From NCBI GenBank assembly GCA_050250855.1, contig JBFWNW010000004.1, positions 96,001-160,000 on the forward strand: 64,000 nt of DNA, in the 5' to 3' direction. Shown piece by piece: positions 38,945 through 49,378 of this stretch (its first letter is position 1; every line of letters begins with the position of its first letter). The stretch is from Candidatus Babeliales bacterium (GTDB lineage Bacteria > Babelota > Babeliae > Babelales > JACPOV01). The notes under the pieces were generated by a model. The model did not search any database. It saw only the letters and a list, made by a program, of their open reading frames with translations, and was not told where the DNA came from. Position numbers and translations under genes: made by a program.

Positions 38945-39695
38945 GTATAAGATTGAGGATCTCTTTTTGAAAGAGAACATAGAGCATTGCTCCACTAGCA
39001 AGAAATGGGCCAAAAGGGATTTTTATACCAACTAAAGATCTTTTGTAAGCAAGCATAATAAAAATACCACCACATGTTCCCATGAGCGAAGCAATAAGCA
39101 ATGTGGTCCACCAACCAATAAATCCTATGCATGATCCTATGAAAGCAAGAAGTTCAACGTCACCTTGTCCCATGCCAACTTTTTTAGTTATCAAACAATA
39201 TGCGTACCCTATAGCAAAAAGAAAAAGATAAGCAGTTAAGGAGCCGATAATACTTTCTTGCCATGAAAGGGGAAGTATGCCAAAAAAACTACTAAGATAA
39301 CCAAAAGGAATAAGCCATAAGGTGACAAAGCGAGAAAGCAGTAATGTTTCTAAATCTGTGCGTATGGAAATAATAAGAGCAGAGAAAAATATAAAATAAC
39401 CAGGCCAGTAACAAAGAGGCGTAGTAAGCGTAAGGCCATAAAAACTGAGAGCGGTAATAGCTTCAATAAAAGGATAAAGCAACGATATAGGCTGTTTGCA
39501 AGAACGACAAGAACCTTTAAGAAGCAACCAAGAAAGAAGAGGAATATTATCGTACCAAGCAATAATAGTTTTACAGGAGGGACATTGAGATCGAGGAGAA
39601 AAAAATGGAATAGAAGTTGAAATTAAACGAAATGCGATAACATTTAAGAATGATCCCCAACATAAAAAAAGTGGTATTAAAAGGACCGTAGTCAA
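38931..39695 (-). CDS. pilD: Prepilin peptidase (A24)
   Basis: GSFLNV, RSQCPSC, DNIP, CRSC, MGQGD and IPFGPFL. Confidence 0.95.
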   Translation of the reverse strand: MTTVLLIPLFLCWGSFLNVIAFRLISTSIPFFSPRSQCPSCKTIIAWYDNIPLLSWLLLKGSCRSCKQPISLLYPFIEAITALSFYGLTLTTPLCYWPGYFIFFSALIISIRTDLETLLLSRFVTLWLIPFGYLSSFFGILPLSWQESIIGSLTAYLFLFAIGYAYCLITKKVGMGQGDVELLAFIGSCIGFIGWWTTLLIASLMGTCGGIFIMLAYKRSLVGIKIPFGPFLASGAMLYVLFQKEILNLILMGI

Positions 39696-39698
39696 ATG

Positions 39699-40064
39699 TT
39701 AACTTTCTGATTTAACTTTATCAAGTAATTCTTCAAGATGAGCTTGCTTTTCATAGCGATCATCGAACATAAAGCGAAGTTCTGGCACATAACGAGATTC
39801 TATTTTTCCTGCTAATGCTTTGCGCATTGAGCCTCTATAAAGTTTCAAAATCTCTAAGATTTCATTAAAAAAATTTTCGCCTTCAGGCGTATAAAAATAA
39901 GCAGTACAAATGCTTTTGTCTGGCGAGAGTGAAACTCTACTTAATGAAATACCTCGTGTACGAGGATCATCAAGATTCAGCTGAAATAAAAGCTGCGATA
40001 TTTCACGGAAAAAAAGTTTTTCTTTTTGAGCTCGTTTAATATCAGAAACAGATGGATGTGTCAT
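39699..40064 (-). CDS. rbfA: Ribosome-binding factor A
   Basis: DDPR, VSLSPD and RYVPELRF-FD. Confidence 0.9.
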   Translation of the reverse strand: MTHPSVSDIKRAQKEKLFFREISQLLFQLNLDDPRTRGISLSRVSLSPDKSICTAYFYTPEGENFFNEILEILKLYRGSMRKALAGKIESRYVPELRFMFDDRYEKQAHLEELLDKVKSES

Positions 40065-40104
40065 GTACCAGCAATCAAATAATGAAGAACTATAAAAGGA
40101 ATAT

Positions 40105-40314
40105 TTAGATTAATTTTTGAGATGCCATGCGGATATAATTTTGCTTTATAGCGCGCATTAAGCGTTTACGTTTTTTTTGTGTAGGTGATTCAAAATATAC
40201 CAAACGTTTCATATCGCGGACAATACCTTCACGCTCAATTTTTTTCTTAAGCTGACGTAATGCTTTTTCTATATTGTGGCCAACATTGATAGAGATATTT
40301 GCTTTTTTGCTCAT
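40105..40314 (-). CDS. rpsU: 30S ribosomal protein S21
   Basis: IEKALRQLKKKIEREGI and FESPTQKKR. Confidence 0.93.
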   Translation of the reverse strand: MSKKANISINVGHNIEKALRQLKKKIEREGIVRDMKRLVYFESPTQKKRKRLMRAIKQNYIRMASQKLI

Positions 40315-40422
40315 AAGATCTAAATAGTTCCTTTCAAACTGTAATATTTTATTTTCAAAATTATAATTACATCCATTCTATATTTTTTCTATAAGAAAGT
40401 CTAGAGATTGACTATAATTCTT

Positions 40423-42015
40423 CTAGAATGTACCCCTAATAGTCCCTATTACGGTTGTTGATCTGAAGGCATTACGCTGCTGAATTGGCCATTGGACAGC
40501 AAAGCCCAGGGTAACATTTGGTGAAATTTCATAACTTCCTGCAGTTGTTAAGAATTGAGACATAAATTTGGTGTAGCATTCTGCCTGTTTTACTCTGAAG
40601 ACTGGTACTGATTCGCCGGCATTAGGGTCTGCTTGCGTATTTGGTATTATCACCGTAGCATTACGAACTTTTTCATTGAGTATTTTAATACTATCTTCAG
40701 CATGATTAACCACGACAAAGCTTGCAAAACCTGACAGTTTGCCAATGAACCTATATGCTCGCAAGATAACTTCAAATTGGTGGTTTTGTCCTGGTTTTAA
40801 GCGAACAGCTGTTGAAAAAGGAAATACCCCGCTTTGGGTTTCATGCGTTGGCAGGCGATAGTCATTAACATTTTTAGCACTAAAATAGGTTGCGCCACCA
40901 TTAAAGCTTATTTGGACCGTATCATAAAAATCTATATGAAAGCCGCCACTAAAACCTATAGAACTATGGCCGTCATTACCAAGAGGAACGGCAAGTGCGC
41001 TCGCGCGGTCAACTTTTCTAGTTGGGCTTACGCTGCCTTCTATATTAAAGAAAGGAATTAAGGCAAGTTCAGGCCAATCGCAACTGAGTTGATTAAGTTG
41101 GAAAATATGTCTAAACCAGACAAAAAAGCGTAAATCTTCAAAGCCACTTACGCGAAAATCACAGCGATTTTGCGTATTGCTTCTTGTTTCAATACCTTGT
41201 TCTCTGAAAATTTTATTTGCGGATGTGGAAGACATAAGGTAAGCATTGATTAGGTTAACTTCATTACACGTAAATTGAGGAGCGCTTACTAAATAGTCTA
41301 CTGGTAATCCATTACAATCAGTTTGGCATCCACAGAAAGGAGTTAAATTAATAAATTGTGTTGCCGTATTTTTTATATCAGCATAACTTCCTTGCACTAA
41401 AATACCAAAATCTACATGGGGCTGGAAGGCAAATTCAAACCGTACACCATGCTTGCGGTAATGCGTTGGGACAGAAAAAAAACCAACTTCGCGTGAAGAA
41501 TCCGTTAAGATTCTATCTGCAGGCACAATTTCGTCAGCTGTAATGGGAGGAAATAGCGCTTCTTTTGCAATACCAAGTTGTTTATTTTCTAAAGTAGTTG
41601 GAAAAACAGGGGCGCCTGTAAGTCCTGGTACGGCATTTGGCACCGGGCCATAGCACATGCCCAGCATATGCCAACGGCCTTCCAGATCTCCTAAAGCAAC
41701 TTTTTCACGATCATAATTTCTACCGCAGTTTGCTTTTTGATAAAAACCACTAAAAGCTAAGCTGCAGTGACTATCGCGTTCAACGCGGCTGCTACATGGA
41801 GTGCATACTTTTGGCTTAATGCAGCTTTTTGTATAAAGATCACCACATTCTTTAAAATTCAAAAGTGTTTTATCAAGGAGCCAAATATAGGTAGGCCAAT
41901 CAGCTGAAAATATGGGAAAGGGATCATTTTTGGCCCGTGTACTAAGACCAAATAAAGTACTACTATTTAACAAAATTATAAAAAAGGTGACCAATTTAAT
42001 AAGACGTTTCTTCAT
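40423..42015 (-). CDS. Cys-rich putative outer-membrane beta-barrel protein (family B)
   Basis: Signal peptide, SGFEDLR, SPT and PLGNDGH motifs, terminal Phe (IRGTF). About 14 Cys by hand count. Confidence 0.7.
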   Translation of the reverse strand: MKKRLIKLVTFFIILLNSSTLFGLSTRAKNDPFPIFSADWPTYIWLLDKTLLNFKECGDLYTKSCIKPKVCTPCSSRVERDSHCSLAFSGFYQKANCGRNYDREKVALGDLEGRWHMLGMCYGPVPNAVPGLTGAPVFPTTLENKQLGIAKEALFPPITADEIVPADRILTDSSREVGFFSVPTHYRKHGVRFEFAFQPHVDFGILVQGSYADIKNTATQFINLTPFCGCQTDCNGLPVDYLVSAPQFTCNEVNLINAYLMSSTSANKIFREQGIETRSNTQNRCDFRVSGFEDLRFFVWFRHIFQLNQLSCDWPELALIPFFNIEGSVSPTRKVDRASALAVPLGNDGHSSIGFSGGFHIDFYDTVQISFNGGATYFSAKNVNDYRLPTHETQSGVFPFSTAVRLKPGQNHQFEVILRAYRFIGKLSGFASFVVVNHAEDSIKILNEKVRNATVIIPNTQADPNAGESVPVFRVKQAECYTKFMSQFLTTAGSYEISPNVTLGFAVQWPIQQRNAFRSTTVIGTIRGTF

Positions 42016-42101
42016 TACTCTTTTCCTTTCAAAACGAAAGTAGCGTCTTGTTAATTTATAGCATCATATTCTATAAACAGTCAATCGGTAATTTTTTGAA
42101 T

Positions 42102-43295
42102 CTAGAATAAATTGGTAATAATTCCTTCTAGCGCAAAGTAAAAAATTATTAATGCAGTACCAATACCAATTACTGTTTTTATATTTCTACCAGAGGTCCA
42201 TTCTTCTTGTATAGTAAGTAAGGTAATCATTGAAGAAATAAAAGCAAAAATAAGAAATAATGCGGTGAAGCAGAAAAATAAATCAAGGTTATGCAAAAGA
42301 AGGAAACTTAAAAATATGCAGCCAGCTACAACCAAAACCATAGATTTTTGAGTTATCGTATTATTTGCAATAAGTTGTTGTATTTTTTTGCTGTTAAATT
42401 GCTTGAGGTAGGAAACAATCAGTGAGCTTCCAGACCAAATCATCGAATGTACCGTTCCAATTATTGCAGAAAGAATGGAGATATGAATGCACGTAATAAT
42501 CCAACGATTATGAGGGAAAATTGTTGCCAATATTTGAGACAGTCGAGCTCCTGATGAAAAATGCTCTAAAGGAATTGCCAAAATAAGTGAACTTACAAAA
42601 AGGAGATATAAAATACCTACCAGTGTAATGCCGAGCGTTAGAGCACGAGAAACATTTTTTTCTGGATTTTCAACAATATTAAAAAGTGAAGCAGCACATT
42701 CAAAGCCAAAAAAGCCAAATATTACTGCTTTTGTTGCGGCAAAAAGATTGGTTAATCCATGAGGCATAAATGGCGTTAGGTTAGCAAGATTTGCTTTTGA
42801 TAGGCACAATAACGTTGTTGCCAAGAGGGGAAAAATTGTGGTGCAAATAAGAATAAGCTGACCAATTTCTGAAAGCACAACCCCTTTAGTATTAAGCAAT
42901 ACAAGAACAACGAGAGTTATAATACTCCAAGTAAACGCTGAAAAGAATGGCAAGTAATCATGAAGATTTCCACCCGCTTCTTGGGTAAGTAATCCCATAG
43001 CAATAAGGAGACCAACTAAGTAAGAGCCAGCGGCAATCAAGCCACCAATATGTCCAGACCATTGTTTTGCATAAATATAAAAAGAACCTTCTTGAGGAAA
43101 GAGCTGCGCCAAGCGCGCCATAGAGCTTCCCATGAACCATACGGCAATAATAACGAAGGTAAATGTTAATATACCAGCAGGGCCAACGTTTGAAGCTAGT
43201 GCGGTAGGTACTGCAAAAATACCGGCACCTATCATGGCATTCATACCAACAATAGTAGCAGTTGCAAGGCTAATTTTTTTCGAAGAAGTGCTCAT
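42102..43295 (-). CDS. APC-family amino acid permease
   Basis: MIGAGIF, GSFYIY, FFGFE and NPEKNVSRA, with about 12 TM segments. Confidence 0.9.
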   Translation of the reverse strand: MSTSSKKISLATATIVGMNAMIGAGIFAVPTALASNVGPAGILTFTFVIIAVWFMGSSMARLAQLFPQEGSFYIYAKQWSGHIGGLIAAGSYLVGLLIAMGLLTQEAGGNLHDYLPFFSAFTWSIITLVVLVLLNTKGVVLSEIGQLILICTTIFPLLATTLLCLSKANLANLTPFMPHGLTNLFAATKAVIFGFFGFECAASLFNIVENPEKNVSRALTLGITLVGILYLLFVSSLILAIPLEHFSSGARLSQILATIFPHNRWIITCIHISILSAIIGTVHSMIWSGSSLIVSYLKQFNSKKIQQLIANNTITQKSMVLVVAGCIFLSFLLLHNLDLFFCFTALFLIFAFISSMITLLTIQEEWTSGRNIKTVIGIGTALIIFYFALEGIITNLF

Positions 43296-43374
43296 GGAGA
43301 TTCCTTAAGACCTTATCTTTTCAGATTTTTATGATATTATAAAGATTAAAAACAACTTATTTTAAGAGTTTACG

Positions 43375-43611
43375 ATGTATTGTAAATATTATCAAGCACA
43401 GGTTCTAAAAGAAAAGGCATGGTTTTTTGCTGGCATTCTGCGTAGTTTTGAACATTTGGCATTTGACCGTACTTTTGATACAGCAAACAGCATCTTTGAA
43501 TGCTTTGTTCCGCAAGAGCTTGAACCTTGCTTCCTAAATCTTATGCACTATTTTTTGCAGGAGGGAGTTGTACTTAATGTGCAAGAATTACCAAATAGAT
43601 TAAATGTATAA
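43375..43611 (+). CDS. Small hypothetical protein
   Basis: 78-aa ORF filling the gap between the permease and gltX. Confidence 0.6.
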   Translation: MYCKYYQAQVLKEKAWFFAGILRSFEHLAFDRTFDTANSIFECFVPQELEPCFLNLMHYFLQEGVVLNVQELPNRLNV

Positions 43612-45045
43612 CTATTTTTTGAGCGCTTTAAATCTATTTTGAGTTTCTTGTGCCCCTAATAATACCAATAATTCTTTTATACCTGGACCACTTGGAGAGC
43701 CTGTCATTATGACGCGGAAAATTTGCCAAGTAGCTTTTAAAGGAATATTTTTTTGTTTGCAATCGTTTTTTATGGAGTCAAAAAAAAGATTAGCATCATC
43801 GGTTTTATCAAGATTATTTTCAAATAAATTAACTATAGCTTTTACTTCTGATTCAGAAGCATAGGCAAGAAGTTCTTTGTGTTCAACAGAGGGCGCTTTA
43901 AAATAAAAGCGCAAAAGACCAGGAATATCATTCAAGGTTTTAAGCTCTGGTTGTACAGCTTTTATTAACGTTGCAATCTGATCAAGGGTAAGATTTTTTG
44001 CCTCTGGATAGGCATTAATCAAAATGGGAATTGTGCGTTGAGCAAGTTTTTCTGCAGGATAATGCATGAGCCATTGATGATTGACCCATTTTAATTTTTC
44101 TACATCATACTTAATAGAACTTGTTGAATGTATAGCAGAAAAATCAATCGTTTTTATCAGGGTTGGCATATCCATGATTTCTTGTTCATACGAACTGCCG
44201 ATAATAGCCAAATAATTATTAATAGCTTCAGGTAAGAAGCCGGCTTCACGCAAATCTTGTAAAGAGAACCCAAAATCTCGTTTTGAAAGTTTTTTTCCTT
44301 CAATGTTACACATGATAGGCATATGCCAAAAAATGGGAAGAGGCATATTGAAAGCTTCATAAAGAGCTGCTTGGCATGGTGTATTTGAAATATGATCTTC
44401 GCCGCGAAAAACATGAGAAATTTTCATAACCATATCATCAATAGCATTGGCAAACATGAACGTGAAGCTGCCTGTTGATCTAGTTAAAGGAAAATCAGAA
44501 AAATGGTGCATATCAAATTCAATCGAGCCACGGGCAATATCTTGTATGCTTATTTTTTGACTGTTATCAACTTTAAAGCGCCAGATAAAGGGTTTTTTTT
44601 CCGCAAGGAAATCTTCTATGGTTTTTTGAGAAAGTTGTAAGCAGGCCCGGTCATAGCGAGGGGGTTGCTTAAGGGCTATTTGCCGCTTACGTTTTTTTTC
44701 AAGCTCTTCTGCTGAACAAAAGCAGCGATAAATGCGCTGTTGTTGCTCTAAAATATCAAGGCGTTCTTGATAGAGAGCTGTTCTTTCCGATTGGAAGTAT
44801 GATTGGTAAGGCCCTCCAACCTCAGGTCCTTCCTCAAAGGCAAGGTTGAGCCATGCCATATCATGGATTATTTTTTTTGCGCCAGGGTCAAAATTTCTTT
44901 CAGGATCAGTATCTTCTATGCGTAGAATGAATGTTCCATCCTTTTGCTTGGCAAAAAGATAATTAAAAAGGGCAGTTCGGACGCTCCCCAAATGCATGAG
45001 GCCAGTAGGAGAGGGGGCAAAGCGAACACGGATATTTTTAGTCAT
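43612..45045 (-). CDS. gltX: Glutamate-tRNA ligase
   Basis: RFAPSPTG-HLG, RIEDTD, RGEDH and KLSKR. Confidence 0.97.
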   Translation of the reverse strand: MTKNIRVRFAPSPTGLMHLGSVRTALFNYLFAKQKDGTFILRIEDTDPERNFDPGAKKIIHDMAWLNLAFEEGPEVGGPYQSYFQSERTALYQERLDILEQQQRIYRCFCSAEELEKKRKRQIALKQPPRYDRACLQLSQKTIEDFLAEKKPFIWRFKVDNSQKISIQDIARGSIEFDMHHFSDFPLTRSTGSFTFMFANAIDDMVMKISHVFRGEDHISNTPCQAALYEAFNMPLPIFWHMPIMCNIEGKKLSKRDFGFSLQDLREAGFLPEAINNYLAIIGSSYEQEIMDMPTLIKTIDFSAIHSTSSIKYDVEKLKWVNHQWLMHYPAEKLAQRTIPILINAYPEAKNLTLDQIATLIKAVQPELKTLNDIPGLLRFYFKAPSVEHKELLAYASESEVKAIVNLFENNLDKTDDANLFFDSIKNDCKQKNIPLKATWQIFRVIMTGSPSGPGIKELLVLLGAQETQNRFKALKK

Positions 45046-45166
45046 GATAATCCTTAAAGCAATGTTTTTTAAGTTGTCTCAACTGAGCCAACCAACATAA
45101 TAAAGTCTATCTCTATAGTGAAAAATCGTCTAGTTTTCAAAGAAAAACAAATCTCTTAAATTTTTT

Positions 45167-45196
45167 TTGACATAGCACTCAAGCTTTTGCTATTGT
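45167..45196 (+). promoter_or_regulatory. Candidate sigma70 promoter
   Basis: TTGACA-18 nt-TATTGT with TGn extension. Confidence 0.45.
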
Positions 45197-45236
45197 TCCA
45201 CATGTTACAAAAAACCCAAAAAAAAGGAGAAGGGTA

Positions 45237-45521
45237 ATGAATCAATGTCTACATATTAGGTTTAGTCTTGACGAACCAATGCAATTTTTATATCAAGTTA
45301 TTCAGAAAAATGCTCGGGAATTAGGTATTGAAGGGATTGTACAGATGGCAAATCCTGCTCATCATGAGGTTAGGCTCCTTGCGTGTGGTAGTCGTTCAGC
45401 GATAGATGATTTTTTGGATCTTTTGCACAAGGAGGCTGCTCAAGAAATTATAAAAAACATAGAAATTGAACCTTTTGTAAAAGAAAGAGATTTTAGAGGA
45501 GTCTTCAGAGTTATAGAATAA
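45237..45521 (+). CDS. Acylphosphatase-fold protein lacking canonical catalytic motifs
   Basis: 94 aa with ARELGIEGIV, VRLLACG and terminal FRVIE pattern. AAGGAG RBS. Confidence 0.65.
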   Translation: MNQCLHIRFSLDEPMQFLYQVIQKNARELGIEGIVQMANPAHHEVRLLACGSRSAIDDFLDLLHKEAAQEIIKNIEIEPFVKERDFRGVFRVIE

Positions 45522-45532
45522 TAAAAAACCAG

Positions 45533-45573
45533 AGGGCGAAAGGTTGCTTCTATGTGCTATCTTTCGCCTTTTT
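45533..45573 (+). terminator. Putative intrinsic terminator
   Basis: GGCGAAAG...CTTTCGCC followed by TTTTT. Confidence 0.6.
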
Positions 45574-45658
45574 GCCTTCTATGGAGGAAAAATGGTCTAG
45601 AGCTATTTTTTAGATTTGTTACACTAGTATTCTAAAATTTATGCTCTAAGGTTATAGA

Positions 45659-48550
45659 GTGCGCATAGTTTCTTTAATCAGCTATATCATTTACTCTTCT
45701 CTATTCTTTTTGTTCTGTATGTGTCAAAGTGCATCAGTATTGCATGAAAAAGTGTTTACTTTCGACACTCTTTCCCAACAGTCGTTTGACGGTTTAGATG
45801 AACTCGTTACCACTTCATTACCTCTTGCTTCATTGACTTTTGAGAGTGATGTTTATTTTCAAAATTCGGAATTTTATGATCTTGTTGATATAAAAAAAGG
45901 ATCTGTCCTTATTGCATCTGATGTAAAGAAAACGTTGTGGTATTTAAAGCTGAAAAACAAATTTAAAAAAGCAACTATTCAATACCATTATAATCAAGAG
46001 GGCATACATCTTCACTTTATATTTGAAGGATTATGGACTTTTAATAAAGTAAAATTTTACGGAGCAGTACTAGGAAAAGATCGCTATAGGCAATATTATT
46101 CACTTGAGCCGGGAGAAGCTTTTGATATCAAAAAACATTATGATTGTTTAGAAAAGATTAAAGAGATATTTGCTCAAGAAGGATATTTTGATGCAAAAAT
46201 AGTTGATGATCTTGAGTATCGGCATGCTCTTAAGGAAGTTCGTGTTAATATTATTTTTGATCCTGGCGTTCGCTATACCATACAAAGTTTTAACTTACTT
46301 CCTGTAGGGATGGATGCTGAAACAATACAAGAGTATGAATTTATTATAAAAAAAATTCGAAGAAGAATTCATGCGAAATTTGATCACGTGCAGTTTTCGC
46401 AAGAACAAGTGGATATACATACGCAGTATGTAAAAAACTATCTAATAAAACAAGGTTTTATTAATGTGCACGTCAATCCTGAAGTTACTGCAGATTATGA
46501 AAAAAAAATAGTTTCATTAACGTTTAATGTTATGCTTTCTGAAAGAAGAAAATCTGTCTTTTTTGGCAATCAGTTTTTTTCAAAAAAAGAATTGTTGGAC
46601 CATCTTCTTGATTTTGGAGATTCTTTATATGTTTTACCCTCATCTTTATTAGTAGAAGAGCTTGTTCAGTTCTATAAGAATAAAGGTTTTTGGAACGTTT
46701 CCATACAATTAGAAAAAAAGGGGCCTGAATATTATTTTCTTATACAAGAAGGAGAAAGAGCAGTTATAACAGACTTTTCCTTAAAGGGGGTTCAGAATAG
46801 AGACGTGTGGTCTTTAGAAAAAAACTATTTTAATGCATTTTTAAAGCAGAAATATTTTGAAGCGGAAACTCTTAAGAATTGTTTAAAAAATTTTATATCC
46901 TATTATCTGCAACAAGGCTTCTGGGATGTTAAAGTTTTAAAACAGGAATATATACCACTTGCTGCAAAAAATAATTTTAAACTTGTTATAACTTTTGATG
47001 AAGGTCCTCGTCGTTATTTGAATTCGCTTTCTTTTGATGATGCTTTCTCAACGCTTCTTAACGAAGCACCTTTTGCTCGGTCTACTAAAAATTTACCTCA
47101 ACCATTTGATTTTGATATTATTCAGCAGCAGCGCCAATGGTTGCTTGCTCATTTTCAAAAGCAAGGATACCTCTACGCTGACGTATGGCCCGAGTTTTCT
47201 TATAAAGAAGATTATTATGTTGATGTAAGGTGGCATATAGATTTAAAAGAGAAGGCTGTTTCATTTGGAAAAATTATTGTAGCCGGAGCAGGAAACTTTA
47301 AGTACGACCACTTAAAGCATCGTTTAAGTTTTTATAAGGGAATGGTTTGGGATAAAAAACAACTGGAGCATTCCCTCAGTAGCCTGAGAAGCTTGAACTG
47401 TTTTGAAACAATATCAATGTATCCTTATAATATTGCAATTCCTGAGGAAGAAAAACCGATTGTCATAAAGTTAGTAGAAGATGACCCATGTGAGGCTCGT
47501 TTGAGAGTAGGTTTTGCCCAAGTTAGTAAAAATTTAACCTTTAGAGAAGGAACAACATATCGTTTAGGAGGTTCTTTTTTGTATAAAAACCCGACGCATG
47601 TAGGAGATTACTTTTTTGTTAATTCTGATGCTACGCGTTTTTATCGTTATGTTTCTGGGATGTACTTTCGGCCATGGGGTTTATATAATCCAACGAATCT
47701 TATTTTTAAGGGATATGCAAATAAATATATTCAACCCGTTAGAATAGGAAGCAACAAGCCTCTTTATAATGCAGTGCAACAAGGGTTTTTAATGGGGTTG
47801 TCAAGGCAATTTAGCTCAGTTGACTTTGGTTTGAATATGGGAATTGAGGTAATGGAGACTAAAGGTCTTTCAAAACTTCTAGCGGAAGCTATTAACTTTG
47901 AGCCTGCGTTAGTAGGAAAGGGAGTTCCCTATCTTTATTGTGAGCCTTCCATTTTTATAGATTTCCTTGATAACAAACTGAATCCAGTGGGGGGTTCATT
48001 AACTATTTTGTCTGCAAAAGGAATGTATTCCTGGCAAAGAAGTTCTGTTAACTTTTTTAAAATATTAGCCGAGCAGTTAGTTTTTATACCTTTTTATAAA
48101 TTTGTTTTAGGCTTCCGCGCTCGCTTAGGTCATATATTTAATCAAAAATTTCGTGCTATTATGCCTCCTGAGCGTTTTTATTTGGGAGGCGCAAATAGTT
48201 TGCGTAGTTATGAGCCAGATCTGGCGCCACCATTAGGGATTTTTATAGAAGAAAATGGTAAGCATTACTTTGTTCCTCAAGGGGGCAAGTCTATGTTTAA
48301 TGCCACAGCAGAGCTGAAATTCTTTTGTTACAAAAATATTGGGGTAACGGTATTTCATGATGTAGGGTATTTGTCAGATAATCATTTTAGTGATATTAAA
48401 CCTGAGTTTCTTTTAGCCGCTACGGGATTTGGGTTGCGTTATGAAACGCCGGTTGGGCCGTTACGGTTTGAAATAGGTTTTAAATGGAAAAGAAGAATTC
48501 CGGAGGAATCTCTTTATGCATGGTTCCTTACTTTTGGCAATGCGTTTTAG
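45659..48550 (+). CDS. Omp85-family protein (BamA/TamA-like; POTRA domains plus barrel)
   Basis: Repeated GY/GF POTRA patterns, RFYLGGANSLRSY, GFGLRYETPVGPLR, terminal FGNAF. Confidence 0.9.
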   Translation: MRIVSLISYIIYSSLFFLFCMCQSASVLHEKVFTFDTLSQQSFDGLDELVTTSLPLASLTFESDVYFQNSEFYDLVDIKKGSVLIASDVKKTLWYLKLKNKFKKATIQYHYNQEGIHLHFIFEGLWTFNKVKFYGAVLGKDRYRQYYSLEPGEAFDIKKHYDCLEKIKEIFAQEGYFDAKIVDDLEYRHALKEVRVNIIFDPGVRYTIQSFNLLPVGMDAETIQEYEFIIKKIRRRIHAKFDHVQFSQEQVDIHTQYVKNYLIKQGFINVHVNPEVTADYEKKIVSLTFNVMLSERRKSVFFGNQFFSKKELLDHLLDFGDSLYVLPSSLLVEELVQFYKNKGFWNVSIQLEKKGPEYYFLIQEGERAVITDFSLKGVQNRDVWSLEKNYFNAFLKQKYFEAETLKNCLKNFISYYLQQGFWDVKVLKQEYIPLAAKNNFKLVITFDEGPRRYLNSLSFDDAFSTLLNEAPFARSTKNLPQPFDFDIIQQQRQWLLAHFQKQGYLYADVWPEFSYKEDYYVDVRWHIDLKEKAVSFGKIIVAGAGNFKYDHLKHRLSFYKGMVWDKKQLEHSLSSLRSLNCFETISMYPYNIAIPEEEKPIVIKLVEDDPCEARLRVGFAQVSKNLTFREGTTYRLGGSFLYKNPTHVGDYFFVNSDATRFYRYVSGMYFRPWGLYNPTNLIFKGYANKYIQPVRIGSNKPLYNAVQQGFLMGLSRQFSSVDFGLNMGIEVMETKGLSKLLAEAINFEPALVGKGVPYLYCEPSIFIDFLDNKLNPVGGSLTILSAKGMYSWQRSSVNFFKILAEQLVFIPFYKFVLGFRARLGHIFNQKFRAIMPPERFYLGGANSLRSYEPDLAPPLGIFIEENGKHYFVPQGGKSMFNATAELKFFCYKNIGVTVFHDVGYLSDNHFSDIKPEFLLAATGFGLRYETPVGPLRFEIGFKWKRRIPEESLYAWFLTFGNAF

Positions 48551-48667
48551 GGGTTGGGATTCTATGAGCAATATATTAAGAGCCAATTTCACTATTTTTT
48601 TGCTTAATAATAAAAAGGGATATATACTGTTTGCAATAAGGTTATAACCACATTAAATAGGGGAAAA

Positions 48668-49378
48668 ATGGAAATAGAAACACAAAAAGGTTCCTGCCAT
48701 ACTCATGATCATGAACAAGCCTCTGTACTTTCTGAGCTTATCTGTCATTTGCCATACGCTATTTTTTCAGTTGCTTTTGGACTTATTATATTAAGTTTTC
48801 TTGCTTTTGGTGGTATGGCAGATGGTTCAAAGGCTCATGCAAAGGGCTTGCATATGTTGTTCCATTCTTTTCATTTTCTTCATATTATTTTTGCAACAAC
48901 AGGTTGTTTAGTAACTTTTTCTCGTTTTTCTTCTAACATTGTTAAAGGGCTTGTTGTTTCTTTATTTACTGCTCTTTTTTTCTGTACCCTTTCAGACGTT
49001 GTTCTACCGTATTTAACGGGAACTATGTTTGGCGTTCATATGCACTTTCATATTTGTTTATGGTCTGAATTACATAATATTGTTCCTTTTCTTTCTATTG
49101 GTCTTTTAAACGGTTTTATTCTTAGTAGGCATACAACGGTCAATAGAGCTGCCTATTCAGTAGCCTCTCATTTTGGGCATATTTTAACCAGTTCATTGGC
49201 ATCACTTTTTTATTTGGTGAGTGAAGGTTTTGCTCAGTGGAATGTCTATATGGGTATGGTTTTTGTACTCTTAATCATTGCCGTTGTTGTTCCTTGCACC
49301 TTTGCAGATGTTATTGTGCCTGTTTTATTTGCACAGATGGGAAATAAGAATGAAAAGCATCAAGCTTCAAAACATTAA
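48668..49378 (+). CDS. His-rich integral membrane protein
   Basis: CHTHDH N-terminus, HSFHFLH and HMHFH motifs, about 6-7 TM segments. Confidence 0.75.
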   Translation: MEIETQKGSCHTHDHEQASVLSELICHLPYAIFSVAFGLIILSFLAFGGMADGSKAHAKGLHMLFHSFHFLHIIFATTGCLVTFSRFSSNIVKGLVVSLFTALFFCTLSDVVLPYLTGTMFGVHMHFHICLWSELHNIVPFLSIGLLNGFILSRHTTVNRAAYSVASHFGHILTSSLASLFYLVSEGFAQWNVYMGMVFVLLIIAVVVPCTFADVIVPVLFAQMGNKNEKHQASKH

